DNA of 63,643 nt, the filler included, from Saprolegnia diclina VS20 (taxonomy: Eukaryota): the NCBI RefSeq assembly GCF_000281045.1. It is 8 parts of 4 records of this genome, joined end to end, with 100 filler letters (N's around TTAATTAATTAA, not from the genome) between each part and the next. Parts side by side here need not be neighbours in the genome. Positions count along the whole stretch, not along the records: positions 1 to 17,256 come from NW_008246188.1; positions 17,357 to 41,395 come from NW_008246188.1; 6 more parts are not named here. One strand, written 5' to 3'. The notes beneath the pieces were generated by a model, which was given only the letters and a program-made list of their open reading frames with translations, searched no databases and was not told the DNA's origin. The position numbers and the translations under genes are program-made. Below are positions 12,895 through 25,173 of this stretch, piece by piece. Each line of letters starts with the position of its first letter. The first letter of the stretch is position 1.

Positions 12895-14397
12895 CTATGC
12901 GGGCGGCGGGCGCAAGCGAGGCGACAGCTGCAGCCAGACGCCAAGCTCGGGCTTTTGCACGATCCCACGCGCCTTGGGTTGCAGCGGCGGGGAGCCTTCC
13001 GCACGGGCGAGCACGCAGGTCTGAAGGACAGCGATGAGCATGCAAGTGGCTTCGAGGACGGCAAAGCGCATGCCGACGCAGTTGCGCGGACCGCCCGAGA
13101 AGCTCATGAACCGGTATGCTCGGTCTTTCGCGCCCACGTCGCCCTCCATGTGGTCGGTGAGGTGTCGCTCGGGCTTGAAGTCGAGCGCGTCGTTGCCCCA
13201 GTTGAGCGTCGAGCGGTTGATGTACCAGATCGGAAGGTACGCCATGGTGCCCGCCGGTATGGTGTACCCGCTCAGAACAAGGTCGGTCTCGAGGTGGCGG
13301 CTCGTGACTGGCGTTGGCGGGAAGAGCCGCAGCGACTCGGTCAGCACCGCATTCAGATACGGCAGCAACTGCAACACTTCGTACGTGATGGCGCCCGACA
13401 TGCCGACCACGGTATCGATCTCGGCGACCGCTTTGGCTTGGACCTCCGGGTGCGTCGCCAGCAGGTACAGCGTGTACGCCATGCCGGTGCTCGTCGTGTC
13501 GTAGCCGCCAAAGAAGAAGGCAAGCACATTGTCGGCGAGTGCGTCCGGGGACATGGGGTCGTCCTCAGCAGCCGCGGCGTCCAATAGCGCCTGGAGCAAG
13601 TCGGGGTGACCTTTGGTTGGCGAGGCCAGGCGCGCTGCGATGATGTCACCGAGCTTGGCGCGGACAACGCCGACTTCGCGGCGGTATCGGAGATTCGCGG
13701 GCGTCGGAATCGAGTAAAAGTAACTCGTCGGCCGCAGCGGCGCCTCAAAGCAACGCCGCGTTGTCTCACTGAGCAGAAACTCGAACGCCTCGGCGATCGG
13801 GTGCGAGCTGTCGCGGAGCGCGTGGACGTTGAAGCCGAAGCCGGTGAGCGCGATCGTGTCGAGCGCCGAGAGCTGTAGCACGCGGTAGACGTCCGTGGTG
13901 GACGCGGCCAATAGTACGCTCGCAGCCTCGGCCGCGACCGTAGCCATGGCCGGAACCATCGCGGCGAGGTATTCCCAGTGGAACGCCCTCGCAAAGACGC
14001 GCCGATGTACTTTCCACTCGTCGTGCATGAGCACTGGCAACGAGTTGTACCCGAGGAGCTCGCGAATGTGCTTTTGGATGAGCGGCATGGGCTTGCGGTA
14101 GCTGGACGAGCACACGACGGCGCGGACGTGCTCGGCCTTGGTGACCGCGATCACGTGCATGCTCATGAGCTTGAACGAGACCATGCCATTGGCGTCGGCT
14201 GCGTCGACGAAGACGCGGGCACTCGCCTCGAGCTTGCCCATGTGCTTGGCAACACCAATGAACGGCGCGTGGAGCTCGTGCGGGAAGGCAAGACCCGGCA
14301 CGAAGGGCTCGTTGCGGCCGTACCGGTGGTAGAGGTACGCGATCGCGAGCGCAGCCAGCGCGATGCCCACGGAGGCGGTCGTGACGAGGTCGGTCAT
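12895..14397 (-). CDS. Cytochrome P450
   Basis: N-terminal TM anchor, I-helix FFFGGYDTTS, ESLR (ExxR), FKPERH and heme motif FSGGPRNCVG; intronless. Confidence 0.95.
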   Translation of the reverse strand: MTDLVTTASVGIALAALAIAYLYHRYGRNEPFVPGLAFPHELHAPFIGVAKHMGKLEASARVFVDAADANGMVSFKLMSMHVIAVTKAEHVRAVVCSSSYRKPMPLIQKHIRELLGYNSLPVLMHDEWKVHRRVFARAFHWEYLAAMVPAMATVAAEAASVLLAASTTDVYRVLQLSALDTIALTGFGFNVHALRDSSHPIAEAFEFLLSETTRRCFEAPLRPTSYFYSIPTPANLRYRREVGVVRAKLGDIIAARLASPTKGHPDLLQALLDAAAAEDDPMSPDALADNVLAFFFGGYDTTSTGMAYTLYLLATHPEVQAKAVAEIDTVVGMSGAITYEVLQLLPYLNAVLTESLRLFPPTPVTSRHLETDLVLSGYTIPAGTMAYLPIWYINRSTLNWGNDALDFKPERHLTDHMEGDVGAKDRAYRFMSFSGGPRNCVGMRFAVLEATCMLIAVLQTCVLARAEGSPPLQPKARGIVQKPELGVWLQLSPRLRPPPA

Positions 14398-14979
14398 TGC
14401 GGTTGTGATATTGGGGCAAGCGAGCGAAAAATCGAAGGGATTTCTACAGCGTGGATTGGCTGAGAAAGAACGAATCCGAGCGCTCCAAGCGAGATTTCGA
14501 AGCGGATGTGCCATAAATTAGCCAATCGCAGCGCATCCAGCAATCCCGTGCAAACCACTTCGACATCACCTTGCGAGCGTGAGACCACGAAGAATGACAC
14601 CAGAGCCAAGGCCGTAAAGTTTATGGTCGTACCAGAACTAAGATCTGATTGCATTCACAATGGCATTATGTTGTCCATAAGGGCTCTGGGTGGAATACCT
14701 GCCGAGTGACCTGGCGCAGCGTCCTGACAAGCCCGACAAAGAATGTGCGCTTCAGCCACTGCACCGAGCAGCCAACACACCAACGCACGGACGACTGTTG
14801 GATGTCCTTCGAGTCGCAGCCTATAAGCCAGCAGCTCGTACCATCGTCGGTAGTCTTACACTGCAGGAAGCGAATCGACAGAGCAACACTGCAATGGCCC
14901 AAGCAGCCGAGTCTGCATGTTCCTCAACGCAACCGAGGTCGCAACGTCATTGAGATATCAGATCACATTGCACTTGGTC

Positions 14980-16590
14980 TTAAAAGATCGAATTCGATGA
15001 CTCGGGGGCGCCGAGGAAGCTGTTGATCGAGCTCTTGCACTCGATGCCAGGCGCACCCTTGGCCGTGTACGCGGCGCTCGGGATGAACCAGCAGTGACCG
15101 CGCGCAAGGCCACCCTTCTTGGTGCCTTCGAGGCTGTTGCCAGCAAAGACCCAGCTCTTATCGAACGTGACCCACTGCGCCTTGAGCCAGTCCTTCGAGA
15201 AGCTGAGCTCAAAGAACCCGTACGGGTTGCCGCCGGCCGCCCAGACGTTCTTGACGTACGCGTTGGTCATGGCGTTGGCCGACTGCGTGTAGATGCCACC
15301 ACCGCCGCCGTTCTCGATGAAGTGAGTGCCCCACGACGCCGTGTCATGCGAGAAGGCGTGCGTGTGGCCGTTCATCCAGAGCTGGACGTTGGTGTCCTTT
15401 GTGAGCGTAAACAGCGCCTTCTGCTTGTCTGGGCTCATGTGGTGTTGCGGCGAGTAGTGCGTGTTGATGATCTTGAAGTTGGCCTTGGACGCAGCAATGT
15501 CCCGCGTCGCCTGCTTGATGCTGTCGGCCGCCCACCCGTTAATCTCGTTGATGCACGCGTTGTAGAGGGCTGTGTCACCGCCCGCGCACTGCGGCTGGCC
15601 GGGCTGCGCCGTGTCGCAGTGGCTGGTACTGAAACCGGAAATATCGCCGCCGTAGCCGAAGCACTGGCAGCAGATCTGCATGCCACCATGGTTGTCGGCG
15701 TAGTTGGTGTCAATGTTGAAGATGTCGACGGTCACGCCGCCGGCGCTCGCCGACTCGACGTAGTAGAAGTCCTTGAGCAGCCACCGGTTGTTGTCCGGTG
15801 ACGTGTACTCCATTTGGTACTTGGCGCGGGCGCGGAGGTTGGTGAGAAGCTCGTCGGCGCTGCTGCACTTGGTGTACTGCGCTGTGGCCGCGCCACAGAG
15901 GTAGTTGGCGCCACCAATGTCGTGGTTGCCGAGGACGTTGACCCACTTGACGCCCTTGAGGTCGCCCGTGTACATGGCTTCAAACGTGTTGGCAAAGCGC
16001 GACGCCTTGTCGGTACCGCCGAGACCGTCCCAGTAAAAGTTGTCGCCGTGGCCAATGACGCGGATGGGCTTGAGCTGCGTCGCCGACTGCATCTGGAGCG
16101 AGGCGACATACGCCTGCGCCCAAAAGTCGACCTTGTAGCGCGCTGTCGACGGGTTGGTCTTCTTGCCGTACACGATGCAGCAACTGCCCGGGTTGTCGTC
16201 CGAGCCGCTGACCTTGCCAGGCGAGCTGCCCCAATCGCCAACCGCCTGCATCGTCAGCGCCGGTGTCATCTTCTCCGGGTCCGACGTCGGGTTGAGCGTG
16301 AGCGGGTCGACGGTCGTGTTCTTGGGCAAGAGAGCGGTGTCGATGGTCGAGTTGTCCGGGGCGCTGCTGTTGTAGGCCGTCGGCGCCGGCGTCACCGCCT
16401 TGTCGCTCGAGGTGCTGGAGCTATCCGAGCTCTTCTTGGTGGCAACAACCGCAATCACGGTCGCTGCGACGGCGAGGACGACGACACCACCGACAGCGAG
16501 CGCAATCTTCTTCTTCTACGCAGCGAGCACATGAGCCTGCGGCTGGAGGCGGTGGGCGGCGCGTACCTTGCCCGTGCTGTCCGTCGTCAT
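14980..16590 (-). CDS. Calcineurin-like metallophosphoesterase (acid phosphatase type); paralog 5 of 5, closest to paralog 4
   Basis: Same motifs. Single 5' intron 16516-16566 gives MTTDSTGK|KKKIALAVGG. INR-like GCTCATTTT on the minus strand near 16619-16627. Confidence 0.92.
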
Positions 16591-17256
16591 GCTCTTGATC
16601 GAGTCCTTGGCTTATGTGAAAATGAGCACCGAACGAACGAACTGTGGCGACCGTCCTTTCCTGCACCAAGAGCGGACTGAAAGACAGGCGGTGATCTCAG
16701 AATGACAAAAAAAGGTAGATTTCTATATATTATGACAATACATGGAACGTTGCGCCGCTCGGACCACCACAGCGTACTCTCGCTTGGTGCAAGAAAGGAA
16801 GCAACCCCGTCGATGGTGGTCTTGCCCGATTGTTGCTCGGCATCCCAATAGGAAGTACAGGCTGCTTGTTGCAACTACGCTCTGTGGGTGGCATGGCGTC
16901 GAGTAGCTGAGCACGATAAGCGAAATACCCCTTTTTGTCTTTGCCTCCGCCATCCTTTCGTTACGCAACGAGTTGGAAGCAGCCGGCGCAGACTTTACCC
17001 GCATCCTCAGTCCTTTGGAAGCTTCCTAAAGACGAGGGAACAAGGTTGGTTGGGTCCTTCGCAGCTCATAGCTCTGCGCAGCATTCACAGCTCTCTTATA
17101 TGTGTGCCCTGGGAGACTGGAATAGGTTCATACCACAGACGACAGCTGCAGTCAGGCGAACGAGAAGCGGAAAGCGTGTCTCGCGTGCTGGCCATGCGAC
17201 TGGCAAGCTTTTCGATATGACATATGTTGCGTGAACGCAAGTTCAATGTGAGGTCG

Positions 17257-17356
17257 NNNNNNNNNNNNNNNNNNNNNNNNNNNNNNNNNNNNNNNNNNNN
17301 TTAATTAATTAANNNNNNNNNNNNNNNNNNNNNNNNNNNNNNNNNNNNNNNNNNNN
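17257..17356. other. Assembly linker N44-TTAATTAATTAA-N44 (also at 41396-41495, 43513-43612, 45319-45418, 47632-47731, 50507-50606, 58488-58587)
   Basis: Identical 100-nt structure seven times; the 12-mer gives stops in all six frames. Plain N gaps also occur at 42695-42910 and 48968-49067. Confidence 0.98.
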
Positions 17357-18490
17357 GCCTTTGGGTACGTCCTCGCCGACGTGGCCGCCGACGCCATGGT
17401 GGTCCAGTACGCCCAGCGCGAACCGGTGGCGATTCGCGGGCGGACGCAAACCTCGATTTACATTGTGCGGTACATTGGCCAAATGCTCGCGCAGCTCTTT
17501 GTGGCCTTTATGCTCAACGGCAAGGTGTACGCCGGGTCGTTCACCTGGTCGACGACGCCAAACGTCATGTACGGCATCTGCCTCGTGCCGTGTGTGCTCG
17601 TGATCCCGAGCACGATCTTCTTTCTCGTCGAAGTCAAGGCCCCCCGCGTCCCGTTTACTCAATGGACCAAGGGCTTTTGGAGCCTCCTCCAGCAGCGCGT
17701 CATGTGGCAAGTCTGCGCCTTCAAGTTCTTCAACACGCTCTTCGCCAACTTCAGCGCCACGCCCGAGTCGCCGATCTCGCGCACGTGGGCGCATGTCGAG
17801 CCGCTCAACGACTCGCTCTCGGGGCTCTTTGGTACGGTTATCAACATCCTCGTCATGTCGGCCGTCGGCAAGTGGGGCCTCCAGTGGAGCTGGCGCTGGG
17901 TCATCGCGCTCGGGACGCTCGGTATCATCACGGTCGATGCGTTCGTCATGTTTCTTACGATTTGGGAAGTCGTGCGCAACCAGTGGTTCTTCACCGGTGT
18001 CGCGCTTGCCGAGAACGTGCCGTCCGGTATCCGGTTCATCGTCGCCACCTACTGCGCGGTTGAGATTGCCGATGTGGGCAACGAAGGCGCCACGTATGGC
18101 CTCGTCACGACGGTCTCCAACCTCTCGAGCCCCGTGGCGAGCGTCATTTACAAGATCATCGACTCGTACTTTGACGTGTCCCAAAACGACATTGGCCGCG
18201 ACGACACGCATGTGCGCTGGGAGGTCACGTACACGTACCTCATTGCGTATGCGGCCAAGCTCTTTGCGCTCGTCTTCCTTGTGTTTTTGCCGCGCCAAAA
18301 GGTCGAAATGCAAGCGCTCAAGAAGAACGGCGGGAAGAGCAAGGTCGCGGGGGCGATCCTCGTCGGCGGCTTCTTCGTCGCGCTCTCGTTCTCGTGCGTC
18401 GTCGATTTCATGTCGATTTACCCGTCGACCAAGTGCTATCGCATCGTCGGCGGCAAGGGCTACACGCCCCAAGGCAAGTGCATCAAGTAG
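17357..18490 (+). CDS. Folate-biopterin transporter (BT1/FBT)-like MFS membrane protein, 5' truncated by gap
   Basis: GYVLADVAADAMVVQYAQREP..RGRTQ and EGATYGLVTTVSNL motifs, multiple TM segments; frame open from the gap edge. Confidence 0.8.
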   Translation, partial: AFGYVLADVAADAMVVQYAQREPVAIRGRTQTSIYIVRYIGQMLAQLFVAFMLNGKVYAGSFTWSTTPNVMYGICLVPCVLVIPSTIFFLVEVKAPRVPFTQWTKGFWSLLQQRVMWQVCAFKFFNTLFANFSATPESPISRTWAHVEPLNDSLSGLFGTVINILVMSAVGKWGLQWSWRWVIALGTLGIITVDAFVMFLTIWEVVRNQWFFTGVALAENVPSGIRFIVATYCAVEIADVGNEGATYGLVTTVSNLSSPVASVIYKIIDSYFDVSQNDIGRDDTHVRWEVTYTYLIAYAAKLFALVFLVFLPRQKVEMQALKKNGGKSKVAGAILVGGFFVALSFSCVVDFMSIYPSTKCYRIVGGKGYTPQGKCIK

Positions 18491-18683
18491 GAGCATGCTC
18501 TTGTTACTTTTGTTCCATACATTGTGTCGTATCCACCTCGTGTGTTTGTTGGGTGCGGTCAGATTCATACCTAGAGTGTGCAAGGCGGATCGATTAGGGC
18601 TGGGTTTATCAAGAGGGTTAGGGCTACGTAATGGAAGTGTGGGCGGTGCTAGTGCGGTTTTCGTTGGCGGCAAAGGATGTCCT

Positions 18684-19635
18684 TTAGCTCGCAAGGGCTT
18701 GTTTGGCTTCGAGCGACCGAATGTCGTCGAGGGTAAGGCCGTGCCATTCGTGCGACGTGCACTGCGCCTGCACCCACCGTCAATGACTTTATCACGAGAG
18801 TCGCGTACCTGACGCGCCGACGTCAAGAAGATGCCGCGGTGACGGTCGACAATGAACTGCTGCATTTTCTTCTCAAGGCCAAGATAGTCGAACTTGACGC
18901 GAAGAAGCTTGTAGCATGTCATGATGGGTGTCGCCGACGTCGTCCAGCCACGTGCGAGTGGTCCCCGGCCCATCTTGGCGCATATGTACGTCGATGGATC
19001 CATGCCGTCAACCGCGGTGTCTCTGACCTCGATGTGGAGTCTACGCTTGGTATCTTTTGCATTGTCAAACACTGGGTAGTTGCCTACTCTTCCACGGTGC
19101 GTGCGGTGAGCTCAGCCGGTGGCAAGTGGAACACATTGTCTACTAGCGCTTGGGGCGAGAAAACAATCCGGTGAGAATGTACCAGCGACCATGTGGCCCT
19201 CTGCGTACACGGACTGACACGAGATAAAGAACTTTTCGTTGCGAAAGACGTTGCTCGTCATGGCCGTATACGAGCGCGGGAATGCATTCCAGGCTTCCTC
19301 AATCAAGAGAAACCCTTCCTTCGGGAACCTAGCGTACAATGCATGAGCACCTTGTAGAGTTATGTCGGTGGTGCATACAGTGGCCGGAGGAAGAAGGGGA
19401 GCTCGTCCGAGACAAAGTAGTGCTTGAGCGTGTACTGGCCTTTCGTGCGCGGAATCGCGCAGTTGGACATTGCCGAAACATCGCCGAGCTGCCCATTTGT
19501 ATTGTCAAATGGCTCGTTCTGGAGAATGTGCACGCGCTGGGTGCTCGTCTCGGCGGCGCGGGCGACGACAAAAAGCTCTGCGATTTCATACTCCGCGGCC
19601 GTCATGTGCAGCGGAATGCGGAATTCGTGGGCCAT
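18684..19635 (-). CDS. Phosphatidylinositol transfer protein (PITP family), multi-exon
   Basis: EFRIPLHMT..EYEIA, NEPF, GQYTLKHY, EEAWNAFP, GRGPL..GW, MTCYKL, W.GLTLDDIR.LE; several ~50-nt introns (e.g. 19329-19378). Confidence 0.9.
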
Positions 19636-22268
19636 GCTCCTCAGCGCCAAAGTTTGTGAGTGCGGTTCCGTCTTCTCGCTCGCGTTGTTCTCCTTCTACG
19701 GATATCCTTGAAGATTCAACAGAGGCGCAAGGGCATGGGCATGGTTCGAAGCTCCTTGAAGCGAATCTTTGACATTGCGTGTTATTCGATTCGATTTACT
19801 CATTTTGTCTGGATACACGCAACCTAATGGCGACGTGACGTGGCGCCACGTCATGGTCGCTCTTTCAAAACTGCGAGGAGGCTCTTTTCTGCTTGATCCA
19901 AACCGCAGTCGTTGGTTCAAGTGTTCAAGACCTTGTATATTTATTCCTACAGTGAAATTTGTGGTTTGAAGCCGTCGTATAGGCATTTACTAGCACCAAC
20001 GATTGCCTCCATCTCTCTCGTCGAGGCGCTGGAACTTCCCACGACGCTGTACGTGCTCTTGTTTGAGCCGCTGGTGACGGTCCAACGCTACCACCGACGC
20101 GCGGTCGACATGGGTTGACCGATCCTACGCGCCTGTGTGCTGCACACTGTCTGGCTCGCCCGAAACAACGGCGTCTTCCGTCCCGAGGCGCCCGTCGTGA
20201 CGCCCAAAGCGCCGCGTTCTTGACCAAGCTGCATCTTCACGACTTGCTGCTGAATACCCAAGCGATGTGCCTCGTCCAAACTATGAACGCCCTGCGCCAC
20301 GACGCCTTGCTTCGTGGCCACCTCGCCCCGGTTTGCGCCATCCATACGCCTCGCCTTCAACACGGCTAAGCCTCGCCGCTGCTGCCGTCTAGCACAACAC
20401 GCTCTGAGTCGAAAGACCACCCCCCAAAACCAGTTCAGTGTAAATTATATCTAAAGAGACTCACTTCAACGACAACGACTGCCTCCATCCGAAGTTTGGT
20501 GCCAGTCAGCCCTTGGCATCCCGGGCACACTGACCCGATGTCTTTCGATTATGCGCTTACGTTTCGACAGTGATGCAGGCGTCGTCGATTTGCTCGGTAT
20601 GGCTCGTGACCAGGATCTTGAACGAAGAACGTAGGTGAAGAGCAACGGGGCTCGAACAAAGGTACAGTCTGTGTCAAGAACCAGCCCAATGCGCTGCTAC
20701 GTTAATTGACATGGATGGGTGCCGCATCATACTATGCTAGCTGCAGCTGTGGAGAGCACATACATTGCACACCCGCTGGATCGAGAGAGGCGGACCGTGT
20801 ATATATCTCCTTTTCGTGAGAGATATGCTCTTTTGTTCAACACGAACGGCACAATTCAGTCGCGCACTGAACTGCTGAACAGCACGACGACAGTACTTGC
20901 TATCGTTGACCGAAGAAGAAGAAGGTCGTTGTGGGGTCGCACGGATGAGATCTTAGTCTCCTTCCCTGCAAGGTAAAATTGCAATTCAGATTCGCGTTCA
21001 AACTGTCTGCACTAAATCTCCGCAGCACGCGTCCGCCAGACGTCGGAGGTCTGGGGCCTTCTTGATGACGTTGGTCTCGACGCTCACGCAATGCAATGAG
21101 CGCATATAAGTTATGGAATAAGAATACGAGAACTCATACAAATCCCGCCTGCCACGTCCTCTTGCGCTCGACAGCCGCTCTCTAAACACTGTTTCAAACA
21201 CTGTTTTGACAATGGAACCGGATTATGGGCCCACGTGGCGCCCTGTCTCGATACAGCAGATGCATGACGTGGCCATGACGCTCCCATCACATTGCATACT
21301 TCCTCACTGCACACTAGTACAAGCCAGCAACATCTATTGTGTTCGAGACTAATCCAAACACGCGTGGTGTGCATGGTGCGTCACTGTCCATGCCTCTGCC
21401 CCTTCTTCAGGCCAGTTAGGTCGGAAGCTACTTCGCTGTACGTGGCGCCGATGCGGGCGCGTCACCGCGGCTAGCTTTGGCGGCCACCTCCCTAAAGATA
21501 GTACTTGAGTACACGCGCATGAAGAAGCCAAATCCAATCTCTTGAAGTTCAAAGGCCTCGCGAAATCTCGTCGGCGACCGTCACACGCCGTTGGACGTTG
21601 ATGCAGGAGATGCGGCATGTTGTCTTGGTATTCTCTCCGGTCGATGAACGTTGCTACTTCAGACGCGTGCTCGGAAGCCGCCGCCAAAGTCGACAATTGC
21701 TCACAAAGCACGTGGATGTTCGGCGGGTCAGTTGCGCATCGCTTCGAACTTCGTATCAACGATTCACGCGCAAAGACGTCCACGTACGTTATTCACAAGC
21801 GTCGTGGGCACGCCAAAGAAGCGACGCGGTGGCCCATCCATGCACCAGTTGCCTCCTACTTGTCGCCTTGTGTCGCAGCGTCGTTTCAGAAGGTCCCTCG
21901 CTGCTCCTCATGCATATGTGGTCCTAGCTCTTTGGTCCAGTCGCGACGCAACCGAAAAGTCGAAGAGGACGTGCCATCAACACGGGTGGCGCGACGGCCG
22001 CAGCTGAACGTTCCCGCGTTGCAAGTGGCCAAACCGTGTCGAAATTCGAAGCCAGTGCTCGGTGTGAGTCACAGCTTTGCGTACAGCGTCTAAATCCTGT
22101 GCGCCAATCAAACGGCGTATTCTATTTTCCCACTCGTATGATTGGATCACACGAGCCAATCGTCCCACGAGCAATCCATTTCCAGCATGACACACGGTCT
22201 CGGCCTGACGTCATTTGCATCGCTAGTGCAAACTCGATGCAGTTGCCCACTCTGCATCTTTGTCTCTC

Positions 22269-24131
22269 ATGCACCACCTCGTACGGAAGGACCGGAGCCG
22301 CGACCGCTTCCCGCTGCCGCCCAACCACTTTCCCAAACCGCACATGTCGGTGGCGGAAAAAGAGTTTTTTCAGTCGGTCGCACGCAAGTCGTGCACCAAA
22401 GTGATCTACTACGCCCGGCGCCACGGCGGGCCCGTCTCGTGGGTACCGCTCACGTCGGCAAAAGCCCGCGTCCAAGTGTTTCGCGGCAAGATTCCCGGCG
22501 ACACGAGCTCGCTCTCGTACTATTGCGCAGTCTCGTACATCAAGGCGACGCTCGAAGAAGTCGCGGCCGTCTTCTCGACGGATTCGACCGACAAGTACCG
22601 CAAGTACGCCAAGGTGTTTGCGCCCGACTACCTCGACTGCGCCAACCTCTGCAACCTTGTTGTGCCCAATGACGAGAACCCGATGCACTACATTGGCATG
22701 AAGTGGCATGCGGTCAAGTCGCCGACGCTCTTTGCCCGGCCGCGCGACTTCTGCGTCCTCGAGGTACGTCTTATCTTGTCGATAAGGAAGACGAACAAAC
22801 GTGCTCATCGACGAACGTACATCTAGTGCCAAGACGAATTCGTTGATCGCAAGACGGGCCGGCGCGGCTGGGTGAGCAGCATGCACTCGGTGAGCTCGTC
22901 CAACTGCCCCAACATGGAGTCGTCGCTGCAGCTCATCCGCGGCAGCATTTACCGGTCCGGCTTTGTCTTTGTCGAGTGCGCGGACGACCCAGCCCGCCTC
23001 GAAGTCGTCCATGTGCTCCAAGCCGACCTCAAGGGCAACATCCCGAGCTACCTCGTGTCGCAGATCATGAAGCGCCGCGTCGTCGCGCTCGGTCGGTTCG
23101 AGAGCTACTTTCAGCGCCGGCATTTGACGGCCCACGGGTTTGCCGAGACGCTCGTGGCCAAGAATGAGAGCTCCGAGTGCGCTGTGTGCCAGCACGCGTT
23201 TCACTTTGCGACGCTCAATAAGCACAACTGCCGCAAGTGCGGACAAGTTGTCTGCCGCAAGTGCAGCTCGGTCTGGCGCGCGCTCACGGCCGACGCGAGC
23301 GGGAAGCAGAACCTCCGGATTTGCACGCGGTGCGCCCGGGGAAGTGCCCAATCGAGCGAGCACTCGGCGATATTCACGCCGCGCCCGCCCAAGCGATTCC
23401 AGTCCAAGGAATGGTTCCTCTCGATGCGGTCCGCGCTCGTCGCCAACCCGTTCCGTCCGTCCGTGTCACTGTCCTGTGACGTCCACCACCAGCAGGACAT
23501 TACGCAAGCGTCCATGGAGGTCCACGAAGCGCCCACGACCAAGCCAATCACGCTGCGCAATACAGCGCAGTACCACCAAGACGATGACGCGCTGGACGCC
23601 GACGTCCCGGACGACGACGAGCGCGAGAACGCTACCGTGTTTGGCTTGGATGTCGACGGCGTGGTTTTCCACTCGATTCGGTCGTCGACCGGGCCACTGT
23701 CGCCCGTCGAGAAGAGCGACTCGTGGCAGTTCAGCAACCTTGTCGCGAGTGTGACGCAGCGTCTGTCGGCGCTCTCGGACCTCTCGCCCGAAGAGATGGT
23801 CGTGTACCAGCAGCTCCAGCGGCAATCCGACTTGTCGTTTCTGAGCGTCGACGGCGGCAAGCTCAAGGACGAGCTTGCGACGCTCGACGAGACAGTCGAG
23901 TGGGACGAAGAGAGCGAGAGTTCGCGCTACGACCTCCTCAGCGACAACCTCGTCCGGGAGAGCATCATTGAGCGCAAGAACTCGAGCTCACCCCTCAACA
24001 TGGACAACGTCGTCGCCAAGCTCGTCGCGCGCCTTGAGACGAGCACGCGCGGCGAAGACCCGGCCGTGATCAAAAACATTCTGATGGCAGCGGTGGCCAG
24101 CTCCGTCTACGCGTCGTCGTCATCATCGTAA
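22269..24131 (+). CDS. START-like lipid-binding domain + FYVE zinc-finger protein
   Basis: START-like region (ATLEEVA, KWHAVKSP..RPRDFCVLE, RGSIYRSGFVF), then CAVC..KHNCRKCGQVVCRKCS..RICTRC; intron 22764-22826. Confidence 0.88.
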
Positions 24132-25173
24132 TCCTTTTTAATTTATCAACATCAACGTGGACCCTGTACGCTGTCAACTGTCTCGGACGTCACGTCTGTC
24201 ATGGCGAAGGTCGTTCGACGAGCGCGCAGCAAAGATACATAGATGGCCCAAGCCTCGACAAGGACGTGCAGCATTCGAGACACCAGCGCCGAGTTCTATG
24301 GGCGCAGTACACTGTACGCAGGAGCGTACCGGTATGCACGTGCGACGTGATTGAGTGACTCGAGCGCACCCTGTCGTCTTTGAACGTTGTCCATTACGCG
24401 AGCTTACTTGACCGCGCCTTTCTATCAACTCGAGGGCGGGTGCCACGACGATTGCACGCTCGTCCCACGCTCCAGTAGCTCACGCCACCGTTCGAACGTT
24501 GGGTGCAATGCGCCCATGTAAGCGTACCGTAGAGGACCGCTCGTTGCGGCGGCGCCTGGACGCGCTGGACGAGCCGGTGGACGAGAAGCATCGTGGACGC
24601 GGCTTGGTCTTCGATTTTTTAAAGTTGATACGCGACAGATGCGCAGATGAGTGACACGCAGCTGGTCGCGAAGGTACACTGCGCCATCATCGCCGTTGCC
24701 GCCTCAAGCGTCGCGAGGGATCCGGGTTGTCTTCTCGTTGAAGCACGACGACGGCGGCTACTCGGCGGTTGTGTTTGGCCGAGAATCTCAGTGCAAGTCG
24801 CTTCAAGACACGCGCGCTATCTCGTGCTACGCGGTACGCTGCTGTTGTAGGTAGTAGTAGATAAGCCATTCGCAGTGAAAAGACCGTAAATTTCAAAGCC
24901 AACCGTTTCGACCGCCCGGGGCGGCCGTTTCACGGCGGTGTGGGTGCCCGAAATTTTTAAAGTACCCATGTTGGCTTCCCGTGATATTTAATGCGCAAGA
25001 AAACGTTCTCCATAGTATTGTCTAGTGTAGAGGAAAAGTAGTCGTATAAAAATACGATTCGATTTGCGCGGCGCCAGGGATGTGACGGGCCCTCCCCCCG
25101 GGGGCTCGAAAACACCAGCGTCTATTTGCAGCCTTTCTACGGGCGCAGTTTGGCTTTGCGGCCGTTGGCGTCG

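Noticed and set aside
17301..17312. Recurring TTAATTAATTAA palindrome as a biological motif or repeat array
   Set aside because: It is always centred in exactly 44+44 Ns, so it is an artificial contig linker.
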